64,000 bases of DNA, taken from positions 124,001 to 188,000 of the IMG/VR virus record IMGVR_UViG_3300018424_000006. One strand, given 5' to 3'. Of the stretch, positions 1 to 8,489 are shown in pieces (the stretch's first letter is position 1; every line of letters starts with the position of its first letter). The notes beneath the pieces were generated by a model, which did not search any database, was not told the DNA's origin, and saw only the letters and a program-made list of their open reading frames with translations. The position numbers were made by a program, and so were the translations under genes.

Positions 1-1216
1 TTAGTTGCTTACCATGGAATGCACTAAGAGAGATTGATAAGAACACACTACCAACAGCAGAGAGTTGAGGCCCCAACCCAATGCCTGATTTAGCAACGGT
101 ATCGCCAATACATTTTTCGCAATAGTTGCCAGACTTCACACGACACCCAATCGGGCTTCGTATAATGACTTCTTTTCCAATCAAACCTTTTAGGTCTGAT
201 TCCGATAAAGGTTTGCTAGGAGCACTTACTTTGTAGTGTCCTACAAATTCTTTATAGTTTTCTTTGGTGATGTTAATGGGGAGACCTACTTTACTTCCAC
301 AATCTGCTTCAGTAATTTTGGTATTCTGATACATACGACCAGACATCTTAGCAGCCTCACCACCTAACGCCGTATCCTTACCGCGGTCATAAGAACCACT
401 TCGAAGGTTATTGGCAATGGCAGGTAAATCTTCTGCTCTCCACCCTTCCTCTAGAGAACGAGGGATAGTTTCTACCTTCGTCTCATCATCAAGTCTAGGT
501 ACGCCACCTATCATACCGTGAGTCATCTTACGTACAGTATTTATCGACTTATCTTTAATAAAGAAACCTTCGGCCTCATCCCCTTCTAGTTCTTCCTTCA
601 ACGCTTTGGTTATCTCAGCATCAATCTTAGAAACTACAACAGGATCATGAAGGTTATCGATATTTTCCTTTATCAGCCTGTCTTTAAGTTCAGCTACCTT
701 CTTAGAAGGAGCCAATACTTTAGGGCTGGCTGTAGGAACACAGAAATCTGTAAAGAGAGTAATGAAACCCATCGACTTCATGAACTTACGATATTCATCG
801 ATCGTAATGAGTTCTTCTCTCAAGTTACGTTCAATTATGCCGTTCAGTATTTTACCATTAAGTTCACCAGCCATAAAGGTAACTTTGTTACCAAAAGGTT
901 CAGCGAAGATAATGGCATTTAACAATATTTTACGATAGGTTGTTTTAATCGGTTCAGGAATATTTGGTAACATCTCAGTCTGGGCAGTTACTGCCTCATC
1001 AATGCCAAAGAAAGGCTTATCTAAAGCTGCCCCTTCAACTTGGATTGGTTCGCCACCCAAAAGAAATATTACTTTACCATTTACCACTGAAGGATCTTCA
1101 TCAGCTTCTTCTCGCTGACGAATAATCCCTAAGGTTCGTATAAGCCATGTTTTAGACTTATACTTCTTTTCCCGTAGACACTCAGTTAAGTAATCTACTT
1201 TCTTAATTATCTTCAT
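1..1216 (-). CDS. Virion RNA polymerase beta' subunit fragment (phiKZ gp80-like), running off the window edge
   Basis: Not in the ORF track. Read by hand from ATG at 1216 (MKIIKKVDYL...). Contains bridge-helix-like RSGSYDRGKDTALGG, the Zn motif RSPIGC...YCEKC, and C-terminal SLSAFHG. Confidence 0.85.
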   Translation of the reverse strand, partial: MKIIKKVDYLTECLREKKYKSKTWLIRTLGIIRQREEADEDPSVVNGKVIFLLGGEPIQVEGAALDKPFFGIDEAVTAQTEMLPNIPEPIKTTYRKILLNAIIFAEPFGNKVTFMAGELNGKILNGIIERNLREELITIDEYRKFMKSMGFITLFTDFCVPTASPKVLAPSKKVAELKDRLIKENIDNLHDPVVVSKIDAEITKALKEELEGDEAEGFFIKDKSINTVRKMTHGMIGGVPRLDDETKVETIPRSLEEGWRAEDLPAIANNLRSGSYDRGKDTALGGEAAKMSGRMYQNTKITEADCGSKVGLPINITKENYKEFVGHYKVSAPSKPLSESDLKGLIGKEVIIRSPIGCRVKSGNYCEKCIGDTVAKSGIGLGPQLSAVGSVFLSISLSAFHGKQL

Positions 1217-2072
1217 CGTCAGCTAACCATTTCTTTAGAAGTTTGCCTACCATACCAGAGACATTACCGATGAAGAACAATTCTACATCTAGGTCATCTA
1301 GTAATTCACCAATCTTCTCTTGGATTAAAACTTGGTCTTCATTCGACGCTAAAGCAAGTAAAGTTAATTCGCTACTTACCCGCTCAATGTCTTTTGTTTC
1401 AATGAAGTACTCTAAGTCTTTGAAGATTGCTCTTACAGCCACTTCGAAATTAAAACCAAAGGCGAAGGAAACAGGTCGCATTTTAATGTGTTCTCTTGCA
1501 AGAAGCACTTTGTCGTTTGTTTCCATTTTAGTCAAAGCTTTCTTAGTCCGTAATCTAGATTTATGGATGATTTCTTTTTCATCTTCATCTAGTTCAACAT
1601 CGAACTTAACTTTAACATTCATAATTACTTCGTTATAGAACTCACCGATAATTGGATATAGTTCGCCCATCCCAATATTCGTTAGTTCATTAACTAGATT
1701 AATGAAAGATTCTTCAGGACTTAGTTCTTCATCAGAGAAGTGTTTGTCAACTAAATCCCTGTTGGTAGTATCAGCAATGTCTTCCATTGCATCTAACAAT
1801 GCGGCTAAAAGCTGTAGACTAATATCTTCATCGTTAGTTAAAACTAAACCAATTTCTTTAAGTACTTTCTTAGTATGTACTTTATAGACATCTTCGATTT
1901 CAGATGCTTTATCAGACTCGGTTGCTTCTGGGTGTGAAAGAGCCTGAGTAACTTCTGATTCATGATCACTATAATCGAATTTATCGAAAATAGAATCAAT
2001 GGATTCCAGATATCCTAATACGTCGGGTTTCATGATAGGGAGCAGGGTTTCCCTTTCGTTTTGAATGATCAT
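1203..2072 (-). CDS. Conserved hypothetical/virion protein (phiKZ gp79 position)
   Basis: Acidic ORF; start moved to ATG 2072 after an AGGAG RBS; lies directly upstream of the gp80-like gene. Confidence 0.6.
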   Translation of the reverse strand: MIIQNERETLLPIMKPDVLGYLESIDSIFDKFDYSDHESEVTQALSHPEATESDKASEIEDVYKVHTKKVLKEIGLVLTNDEDISLQLLAALLDAMEDIADTTNRDLVDKHFSDEELSPEESFINLVNELTNIGMGELYPIIGEFYNEVIMNVKVKFDVELDEDEKEIIHKSRLRTKKALTKMETNDKVLLAREHIKMRPVSFAFGFNFEVAVRAIFKDLEYFIETKDIERVSSELTLLALASNEDQVLIQEKIGELLDDLDVELFFIGNVSGMVGKLLKKWLADDEDN

Positions 2073-2184
2073 TCGGCATTCTCCTGTATACAATAGATTC
2101 GCCGAATTAAAATAAAAAGGAAGGGGATATAATAAGGTAAGAAATGCCCTTTTCTAATAATATTTTTAAGTAAGGATTCATAAA

Positions 2185-2667
2185 ATGGCAAGCACTGAAA
2201 AGTCGGCTTCTGAAGTCGCATCCATGGAACGCTATCGTAAAGAAAAAGCACAGAAAGCGGAAAAGAAAAAGCAGCGTGAAGAAGAGCAGCTAACTGAAGA
2301 AGCTGCTCTACAATCTTGGGATGATGTTCATTCCATTATTGGTGATGTCCGTAATATGATCGGACAAATCACAATCTCTATTCAACAAGCGATTACTCTT
2401 GCCGCATCCATCGACCTAGACTACTCAACGAACATCGAAAATCTAAAGTTACATTCAGCAGATCTGGCTAAGGCCTCTATCGAATTCAATAATGACGTCA
2501 AGCAATATGACGACAAGAAAGGTCCAGTTGCTCCTGAAGACTATATGACCTTCCTAAGTGCCATGAGCAAAATGATGTCTGGTTACATCGAATCGTTCCA
2601 TCAAAAGATTGTTGCTATCGGCGATATCATCGAAGCCGTTAAGAAAGAAGCGAAGGATAAACAGTAA
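2185..2667 (+). CDS. Hypothetical helical protein
   Basis: 160 aa ORF, AAGGA RBS, TAATG stop/start coupling to the next gene. Confidence 0.7.
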   Translation: MASTEKSASEVASMERYRKEKAQKAEKKKQREEEQLTEEAALQSWDDVHSIIGDVRNMIGQITISIQQAITLAASIDLDYSTNIENLKLHSADLAKASIEFNNDVKQYDDKKGPVAPEDYMTFLSAMSKMMSGYIESFHQKIVAIGDIIEAVKKEAKDKQ

Positions 2668-4181
2668 TGTCTTACGAAGAAACAGTACAACAAAACGAAG
2701 ATGTTAGTATTGATACTAGCGACTTCGCAAATGCAGTTAGTCCTACTGGAGAGTATGGGGATGACTTCCCTCTCTCCGCTCTAACTGAAAACCTTTCTAA
2801 TGAAGCATTTCTTGCTATCCAGAAAATCTTTAAAGAAAACACTAATATCGATAAAGAGACTCGGGAATTAATTCTTGAGTCTTTCCGTAGTGCTCTGTCT
2901 TCTCAGTTCTTTGATGATACTTATCAACGTTTAGTAGATGCTGCTAATCGCGACTGGAAACAAGTCGTTGAAGTAGACGGCAATAAGCTTCGTATAATGA
3001 AGCGTTCAGCCGCTAAGCCTACTGGCGGTAAGAAGTTACAAGGTCAAGCCGCTATCGACTTCATGAACAGCCAGATTAATGGTACTGGCTCTGTTAAGGT
3101 TCCTTTATGGAACAGTGGCATCACTGTCCTTTTGGGTAACTTTAAAGAACTCGAGTATATGGAAGTAATCGCTAAGATTGCTTTAAGCCGTATGGAGCTA
3201 GGTGCTTCTACTCGCGGTGCTCTATTCAGCGGTGATGATGTTTACATTACCATGGAAGTTGTAGACTTTATTTTAAGTAAAGTTATGGCTTCTACTCTGA
3301 AAGATTCTTCTAAGTCTAACTTAAAAGAACACATTTTAGTTTCTGATATCCCTACTCTTCTTGCAGGTGCGTTATCTGCCCTTAACCCTAAAGGCTATCC
3401 TATTAACCATACGTGTGTTAATGTGGCTAAAGGCGAATGTACATACGGCACTAAGATTGAAGAGAAAGACGGTAAGTATAAACAATACGGGATGGTTGAC
3501 TTTAAGAAGCTTCTATGGGTTGACCGTGGTCGTGTTTCTAAAGAACTAGGCCGTTTAGTAAATGCTAGCTGGGAATCAGTTTCAAATGAAGAAGTTAAGA
3601 AGATGCAAGCTTCTCTTCTTCCAGATCAAATCATTGGTCCTCTTGAATCTGATGCGGGCCTATTTAAGATTGTAGGTCAACATCCTAATCTAGCAGACTA
3701 CCAACGTCTTTCTACTGAATGGATTAATGAAGTTATCAATGCTGTTAACCGTGTTATGGTTACTGCCGATGATGCTACTGAACGTGAGCGTATTGAAACT
3801 CGTGTTCGTGAAATTGAAACATTCCAAGAAACGATTGGACGTCGTCGTAACATTGCATGGATTAAAGAAATCATCATGGAAATTCCAGATGAAGATGAGT
3901 CTATTGTGATGGAAGGTGAAGAAGCTATTGCAGGTATTCTTGATCAGCAGCTTGGTACTTTATACGCCGAAGAAATTGATGAAGGTATTCGTGACTATAA
4001 AGACGCTTGTACAATCTCTGTAGTAGGCTTGCCTAACTTTGAATGTCCTGTATGTCATAGTTCTCAAACTGACTCTAGTCGCTATCCTAGTCTGATTCCT
4101 TTGAATCTGATTACCTATTTTTTCAATATAGGGGAATGGAAGCGTATGACGACGCAACAGAGAGCGGGAATCTACCGATAA
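2667..4181 (+). CDS. Conserved protein (phiKZ gp77-like); putative tail/baseplate assembly chaperone
   Basis: 504 aa with C-x6-C and CPVC motifs and a C-terminal YFF encoded by a slippery site; synteny next to the helicase block. Confidence 0.6.
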   Translation: MSYEETVQQNEDVSIDTSDFANAVSPTGEYGDDFPLSALTENLSNEAFLAIQKIFKENTNIDKETRELILESFRSALSSQFFDDTYQRLVDAANRDWKQVVEVDGNKLRIMKRSAAKPTGGKKLQGQAAIDFMNSQINGTGSVKVPLWNSGITVLLGNFKELEYMEVIAKIALSRMELGASTRGALFSGDDVYITMEVVDFILSKVMASTLKDSSKSNLKEHILVSDIPTLLAGALSALNPKGYPINHTCVNVAKGECTYGTKIEEKDGKYKQYGMVDFKKLLWVDRGRVSKELGRLVNASWESVSNEEVKKMQASLLPDQIIGPLESDAGLFKIVGQHPNLADYQRLSTEWINEVINAVNRVMVTADDATERERIETRVREIETFQETIGRRRNIAWIKEIIMEIPDEDESIVMEGEEAIAGILDQQLGTLYAEEIDEGIRDYKDACTISVVGLPNFECPVCHSSQTDSSRYPSLIPLNLITYFFNIGEWKRMTTQQRAGIYR

Positions 4182-4597
4182 CATCTAGGTTCTTTGAACC
4201 GCCCAAAGATGCTTTCAGTAATACCATGAACGAATTGATAAGGCTACCTCCTAAGTTAACGGGGGTAGCCTTTGATATGGCCGCTACAGAAATCTACGAA
4301 CGGAACTTTGGTATCTATTCCCATTCCCCGGAAACCGATCCGAATAATCCAGTTCCCTTATCTACTTATAACTCTAAGATAGATGCTCGTAGAACTAACC
4401 CGTTACGAAATGAAGTTAAGCGACTTCTTTCCATGCAAGCTCCAAAAAAATTAGGTATGGGTATTATGGATATCCTTAATCTAGATCCTCATACTTATGC
4501 AAGTCTTATTGAAGGCCTAGAATCTTATAATAAAACTGAACTAGCTATGAGAGAGCAACAGGAAGAAGAACTTAAAGAAATGACAGGTCAGGATTAA
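4136..4597 (+). CDS. Hypothetical protein; probable -1 frameshift extension (GT-like) of the upstream gene
   Basis: Overlaps the upstream ORF in the -1 frame; GIMDILNLDP...Y..LIE resembles tail-chaperone GT/T4 gp51-type C-termini. Confidence 0.55.
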   Translation: MEAYDDATESGNLPITSRFFEPPKDAFSNTMNELIRLPPKLTGVAFDMAATEIYERNFGIYSHSPETDPNNPVPLSTYNSKIDARRTNPLRNEVKRLLSMQAPKKLGMGIMDILNLDPHTYASLIEGLESYNKTELAMREQQEEELKEMTGQD

Positions 4598-4609
4598 ACA
4601 AAAAAATAA

Positions 4610-4639
4610 AGCTACTACTCCCATGAGGGAGTAGTAGCT
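4610..4639. terminator. Bidirectional intrinsic terminator
   Basis: 13-bp inverted repeat AGCTACTACTCCC/GGGAGTAGTAGCT between convergent genes, with an adjacent A-tract. Confidence 0.85.
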
Positions 4640-4648
4640 ATTATGCCG

Positions 4649-5506
4649 TTAGATTAGGTGAAGGCTATGGATAGTTACTTCACGACCTACTACATCTTCA
4701 GAGATACAGTCAGCTAGGTTAAGGCCTTCCTTACCAATCTCTTCTAGAGTACGATCGAATCTTATTGCAGCGAATTCGTCATCAAAGTTTATCTCTGCTG
4801 CATCCAGAGTACCTTTAGTTATCGCCGATGTAAGATTAGTAATCTCATAGAAAGATAGTACACGAGTAGGAGAAGAGTCTTTGATTCCAGCCAGTAAGAT
4901 AGGACGTCCATTTGACTTAGTAGCAATTGCTATATAGTCAACTAACGTACTAGGGCCATCACCAATTGAGACGCTGAAGTCAGGACAGTTCTCCATCATA
5001 TCAAGTACAGTTTGTACAGAGAATGTTTTATCGCCAACAGCTTCAGACTCACCAAATTCCATAGCTAGAGCGTCTAAAGCAGATAACTTAGAAAGTTGCT
5101 TAAACTTCGGACTAAAGTCTTCAGTTCTCTCTAATTTTTTATCTCCTTTAAACTCTGACACCAAGCGGCTGATTGCAGGCTTCAAACCTTTCAATAAAGG
5201 TAGAAGAGCTTTAACGCCACCTAGGAACTCATCCATTTCTTTACATGCAAAGAAGTTAACAAGAGCCATCCATTGATTAGCCGGAACATCAATCTCCATT
5301 ATTGACCGTACTCCTGTCTCGGTATAGATAAAGGCAATGCGATTGCCTTTATCGTCCGTCTCATCGAAGTTAGTACGAGAATGCATAATCGTCATCAGGT
5401 CATCTAACTCTTTAGAGTCGATGAAGTTTTTAGTAACGTTTACAAAAGCTGCAAGATAGCCATTCATTTCTTCGTTGGTAAGAGTAGTAGTTAGTGCAAA
5501 TTTCAT
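4649..5506 (-). CDS. Hypothetical early protein
   Basis: 285 aa ORF, GGAG RBS, downstream of a TATATTAC promoter. Confidence 0.75.
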   Translation of the reverse strand: MKFALTTTLTNEEMNGYLAAFVNVTKNFIDSKELDDLMTIMHSRTNFDETDDKGNRIAFIYTETGVRSIMEIDVPANQWMALVNFFACKEMDEFLGGVKALLPLLKGLKPAISRLVSEFKGDKKLERTEDFSPKFKQLSKLSALDALAMEFGESEAVGDKTFSVQTVLDMMENCPDFSVSIGDGPSTLVDYIAIATKSNGRPILLAGIKDSSPTRVLSFYEITNLTSAITKGTLDAAEINFDDEFAAIRFDRTLEEIGKEGLNLADCISEDVVGREVTIHSLHLI

Positions 5507-5575
5507 TATTTGTTTTCTCCATTTATAATGAATTATTGTTATTTGACAGGAGATTAATTATCTCTAGTCATTAAA

Positions 5576-5583
5576 GTAATATA
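5576..5583 (-). promoter_or_regulatory. Early (virion RNAP) promoter TATATTAC
   Basis: Exact phiKZ-type early motif, with TCTAG upstream, in an intergenic position. Confidence 0.75.
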
Positions 5584-5616
5584 GTACCTTTTTAGTCTAG
5601 AACACGGTTTAACGGC

Positions 5617-5654
5617 ATAATACCCCATACCCTTAGCTGGGTATGGGGTATTAT
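5617..5654 (-). terminator. Intrinsic terminator after dUTPase
   Basis: 16-bp perfect inverted repeat followed by TATGCCG on the minus strand. Confidence 0.8.
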
Positions 5655-5704
5655 TATATCGAAACTAGAAGTAACGAGCCATCCTGTATCTTGAGATCAG
5701 CTAC

Positions 5705-6514
5705 TTATTCAGTAGTCGCTTCTATTGATTTAGCCAATGCTTCGGTCTTTTCGATTACTTCAGGAGTCGCTGCCGCAAGAGCCGCTTCTAGAGATTCGTA
5801 CTTAAGGTTAGCTCGTTCGTTTAGATCTATGATATAAATAATGTGGTGAGTAGCTTCTACTACATTATCTTTACCCGTAGTACCCAATAGAACTTCTTCA
5901 TAGCGAGCTTCTAGAGCTGCACGGATCTGATCAACAACATCGGTAGCTTCGGTATCGATCTTCGCCAGTTCTTCTTTAAGAACTTCGTTATCTTCTTTAC
6001 CAAACCACTGTTTGATATAAGTACCTTGTTTGTAACCGGCGTCTTGACGGAATACGTTAAGTACGTTCTTCGCCACATACAGTTCGTATAACTTATCCCA
6101 AGACAATTCTACTTCATCTAGGACATGTTGCCAATGGCGACCTAGAGGAAGAGTCTGAGCGTAGTTATGTAAACAGAACTCAAGGGTAGTCATCTTAAGG
6201 GATGGCGCTGGATGAACATCAATAAGCTGGAAGTTAATGTGTTTAGCAGCACGTTCGTGATCACCACTAAGCTCTTTAATTTGACGAGAGACATAGAAGT
6301 GGAATGCATCCACTACTTCTAACTGGGCTTGTTCAAGATTAGGAACAACCTTCTTCCACCATTTGTAAGCACCCATATGTTCAATTGCTTCCGCAATTTC
6401 AAGAGCACCTGCGGTTTCCCAGTTCCAAGGCATGGTAACCCAATTAGGATTTACCTTGGAGTTAATTCCGTCTTGTAGACGAACGATTGTTGATAGCTGA
6501 GCTAAGGTTAACAT
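5705..6514 (-). CDS. dut: Dimeric (all-alpha) dUTPase
   Basis: YKWWK, LEVVDAFHF and KNVLNVFRQDAGYKQGTYIK..GKEDNE motifs; true start ATG 6514 after AAGGA. Confidence 0.9.
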   Translation of the reverse strand: MLTLAQLSTIVRLQDGINSKVNPNWVTMPWNWETAGALEIAEAIEHMGAYKWWKKVVPNLEQAQLEVVDAFHFYVSRQIKELSGDHERAAKHINFQLIDVHPAPSLKMTTLEFCLHNYAQTLPLGRHWQHVLDEVELSWDKLYELYVAKNVLNVFRQDAGYKQGTYIKQWFGKEDNEVLKEELAKIDTEATDVVDQIRAALEARYEEVLLGTTGKDNVVEATHHIIYIIDLNERANLKYESLEAALAAATPEVIEKTEALAKSIEATTE

Positions 6515-6536
6515 TTCTGTTCCTTTTTTGGTTGGT

Positions 6537-7265
6537 TTAAAATAAGAAATGGTTTCGGATATACTTAATGAGTTTATCCACCTCATGACCGAGGTCTTCT
6601 TCTGGACCGTTATTATCCAGAATATAATCGGCACTTGATTTGGAGATATTGAAGCTGGTTGCTGGTTCCAGTTCTTTACGCTCACAAGCATCTACCCAAA
6701 CAGAGAAGTCAAAGATACCTGCTTCTTCAGAAGGTTCAAATTCTTCAAAGTTTCGGTTCCCACAATAAATATCTTCATTGTGTTCAACAAGGATAAGTTC
6801 GAACAATGCTTTCTTATTATGGTAGCAAAACAAACGAATACCTTGATGCCATAGGGGACGGTGGTTGTCGCGATCCTCGAAGCACTCCTTGACTGTTTTA
6901 TAGCCATAGGTGTCTTTCATTAGATCGAACATGAACGCCTCAGCACAGATCTCTGAGGAGCTTCCGAAGGTAAGTCCTAGTCGGTCTCTGATCATCTCAG
7001 CTACCGTATCCTTACCGTGACGCTTATGACCAATAATAGCGATCTTTGGACGACGTACTAAGCGGAAATCAATAGCCTTTGCCCACTCAGGAATCTCAGT
7101 GCTAGGGATTTCTGTAATACGTACAAACTCCGGAATGGCGTCTTCTTCTCGAAACCGTCTCCCTAAGGTGTATTCATATGCACCATGTAAGTACTTGCCG
7201 ATCTTGATATAATACCCGTTCCGAATATTTGCATCGGAAGATCGGACTTGATAGATAGTTAGCAT
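6537..7265 (-). CDS. Deoxynucleoside monophosphate kinase
   Basis: P-loop IIGHKRHGKDTVAE and C-terminal ADYILDNNG; about 70 aa N-terminal extension. Confidence 0.8.
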   Translation of the reverse strand: MLTIYQVRSSDANIRNGYYIKIGKYLHGAYEYTLGRRFREEDAIPEFVRITEIPSTEIPEWAKAIDFRLVRRPKIAIIGHKRHGKDTVAEMIRDRLGLTFGSSSEICAEAFMFDLMKDTYGYKTVKECFEDRDNHRPLWHQGIRLFCYHNKKALFELILVEHNEDIYCGNRNFEEFEPSEEAGIFDFSVWVDACERKELEPATSFNISKSSADYILDNNGPEEDLGHEVDKLIKYIRNHFLF

Positions 7266-7321
7266 TTGCGGTTTCCCATTGTCCTATAAGTACTCAATCA
7301 GCTTAGACAGTAAAAAAAAAA

Positions 7322-7353
7322 TAGTCTCCTCATCCCGAAGAATGAGGAGACTA
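7322..7353 (-). terminator. Intrinsic terminator
   Basis: 12-bp stem with UUCG-containing loop and a long U-tract on the minus strand. Confidence 0.85.
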
Positions 7354-7356
7354 GAA

Positions 7357-7461
7357 TTAAGCTCGAGGATAAACCCCAAGTATAGTTTGATAGCTATGTA
7401 AAATCTTAGCGATATCGCCCATGTCACCAAGTATGGTTTCTTCGATGTCATCATCATACAT
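7357..7461 (-). CDS. 34 aa peptide MYDDDIEETILGDMGDIAKILHSYQTILGVYPRA
   Basis: Read by hand; starts 1 nt after the ClpP stop and ends just before the terminator. Confidence 0.5.
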   Translation of the reverse strand: MYDDDIEETILGDMGDIAKILHSYQTILGVYPRA

Positions 7462-7462
7462 A

Positions 7463-7945
7463 TTAAAGAATCCTATCCGCTGTACCGAAGTCAATTACTT
7501 CTTCGGCAGTTAAGAACATTTCTAATTTAGTAGCTTCTTGTACGCTTTCTGGATTACGTCCGGAATTACGTCCAATTACTTCTTCTTGGAAGCGTTTCAT
7601 CTGCTTACCAAAATCAGATGAAGCACTATCGTTAGGGAAACAACCACGAGGCATATGGAACATTACTTCAGAATGTTTACTCACTACCCGCTTGCCTTTG
7701 GTTCCATTAGAAGCTATTGTAGCAGCAGCACTAGAAGCCTCTCCTACAACGATGGTCCAAATGTCATTTGGAATTTCATCCATCGTACTTACAATCCCGA
7801 AACAAGCGTTAAGATCCCCACCACAGCTAGCAATATACATAAAGATGTCATCGGAATTCTCCTTGGATATCTCTACCAATTTACGGATAATGGCCTTGCC
7901 TGACGCAGAGGTCAACGTACCTTCAAGTACAACTATATTACTCAT
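7463..7945 (-). CDS. clpP: ClpP-family serine protease
   Basis: YIASCGG, GEASSAAA (Ser), VMFHMP (His) and FLTAEEVIDFGTAD motifs. Confidence 0.85.
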   Translation of the reverse strand: MSNIVVLEGTLTSASGKAIIRKLVEISKENSDDIFMYIASCGGDLNACFGIVSTMDEIPNDIWTIVVGEASSAAATIASNGTKGKRVVSKHSEVMFHMPRGCFPNDSASSDFGKQMKRFQEEVIGRNSGRNPESVQEATKLEMFLTAEEVIDFGTADRIL

Positions 7946-7948
7946 AGC

Positions 7949-8428
7949 TTAGTCCTCAATAACATTGCCAGCAACCATATCTTCTTTATAAAGATACTTA
8001 CCTTCAGAAATCCATTCACGGATCTCTTCTAGAGAGAAATCGGTTAGGTCTTCAATAATAGCCAAAGAACGTTTCTCGATGCGTTCTGCTGAATCTGCAC
8101 TCAGAGAAATCTCGTCTACAGAACCAGACATTAATCCAACTTCTTTACTGAAGTGGATATTAGAATAAGGACTAAACTTACGACTAGCTTTATCGGCAGC
8201 TAGCATTACAATTAAGCCGTACTGGTTTGTACCGCCGATTAATTCAAAGTTAAATTTATAACCGGCTTTCTTGTATTGAAGAACTAAGTCGTGCATGCCC
8301 AATGCCTTTAAGCGGGTAGGATAGAAGCAGCTAGAACGGAAGGTTACTTCCACTTCTTCTTTCTCATCTACGCCAGCTAGTTCGGCAAAAGAGTGTAGAC
8401 TTAATTCATCTAAATAAACTTTCTTCAT
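7949..8428 (-). CDS. Degenerate ClpP paralog, probably inactive
   Basis: Same length and layout as ClpP (RKFSPYSNIHFS, GSVDEI handle, YLYKEDMVAGNVIE) but no catalytic Ser or His. Confidence 0.6.
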   Translation of the reverse strand: MKKVYLDELSLHSFAELAGVDEKEEVEVTFRSSCFYPTRLKALGMHDLVLQYKKAGYKFNFELIGGTNQYGLIVMLAADKASRKFSPYSNIHFSKEVGLMSGSVDEISLSADSAERIEKRSLAIIEDLTDFSLEEIREWISEGKYLYKEDMVAGNVIED

Positions 8429-8456
8429 TTTCTATTCCTCAGAAAACAGCAAAAAA

Positions 8457-8488
8457 AAAATAAGAGCGACGAGTGCCGCTCTTATTTT
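8457..8488 (-). terminator. Intrinsic terminator after helicase
   Basis: AATAAGAGCG/CGCTCTTATT stem with a 10-nt U-tract. Confidence 0.8.
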
Positions 8489-8489
8489 G

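Noticed and set aside
647-1887. + strand ORFs 647..922, 1243..1638 and 1702..1887
   Set aside because: They are antisense shadows of real minus-strand genes. The same applies to most short opposite-strand ORFs in the track, e.g. 14704..15228 and 27258..27845.
6515-6691. 59 aa N-terminal extension of dUTPase in the track
   Set aside because: It overlaps the kinase gene; the RBS and homology begin at ATG 6514.
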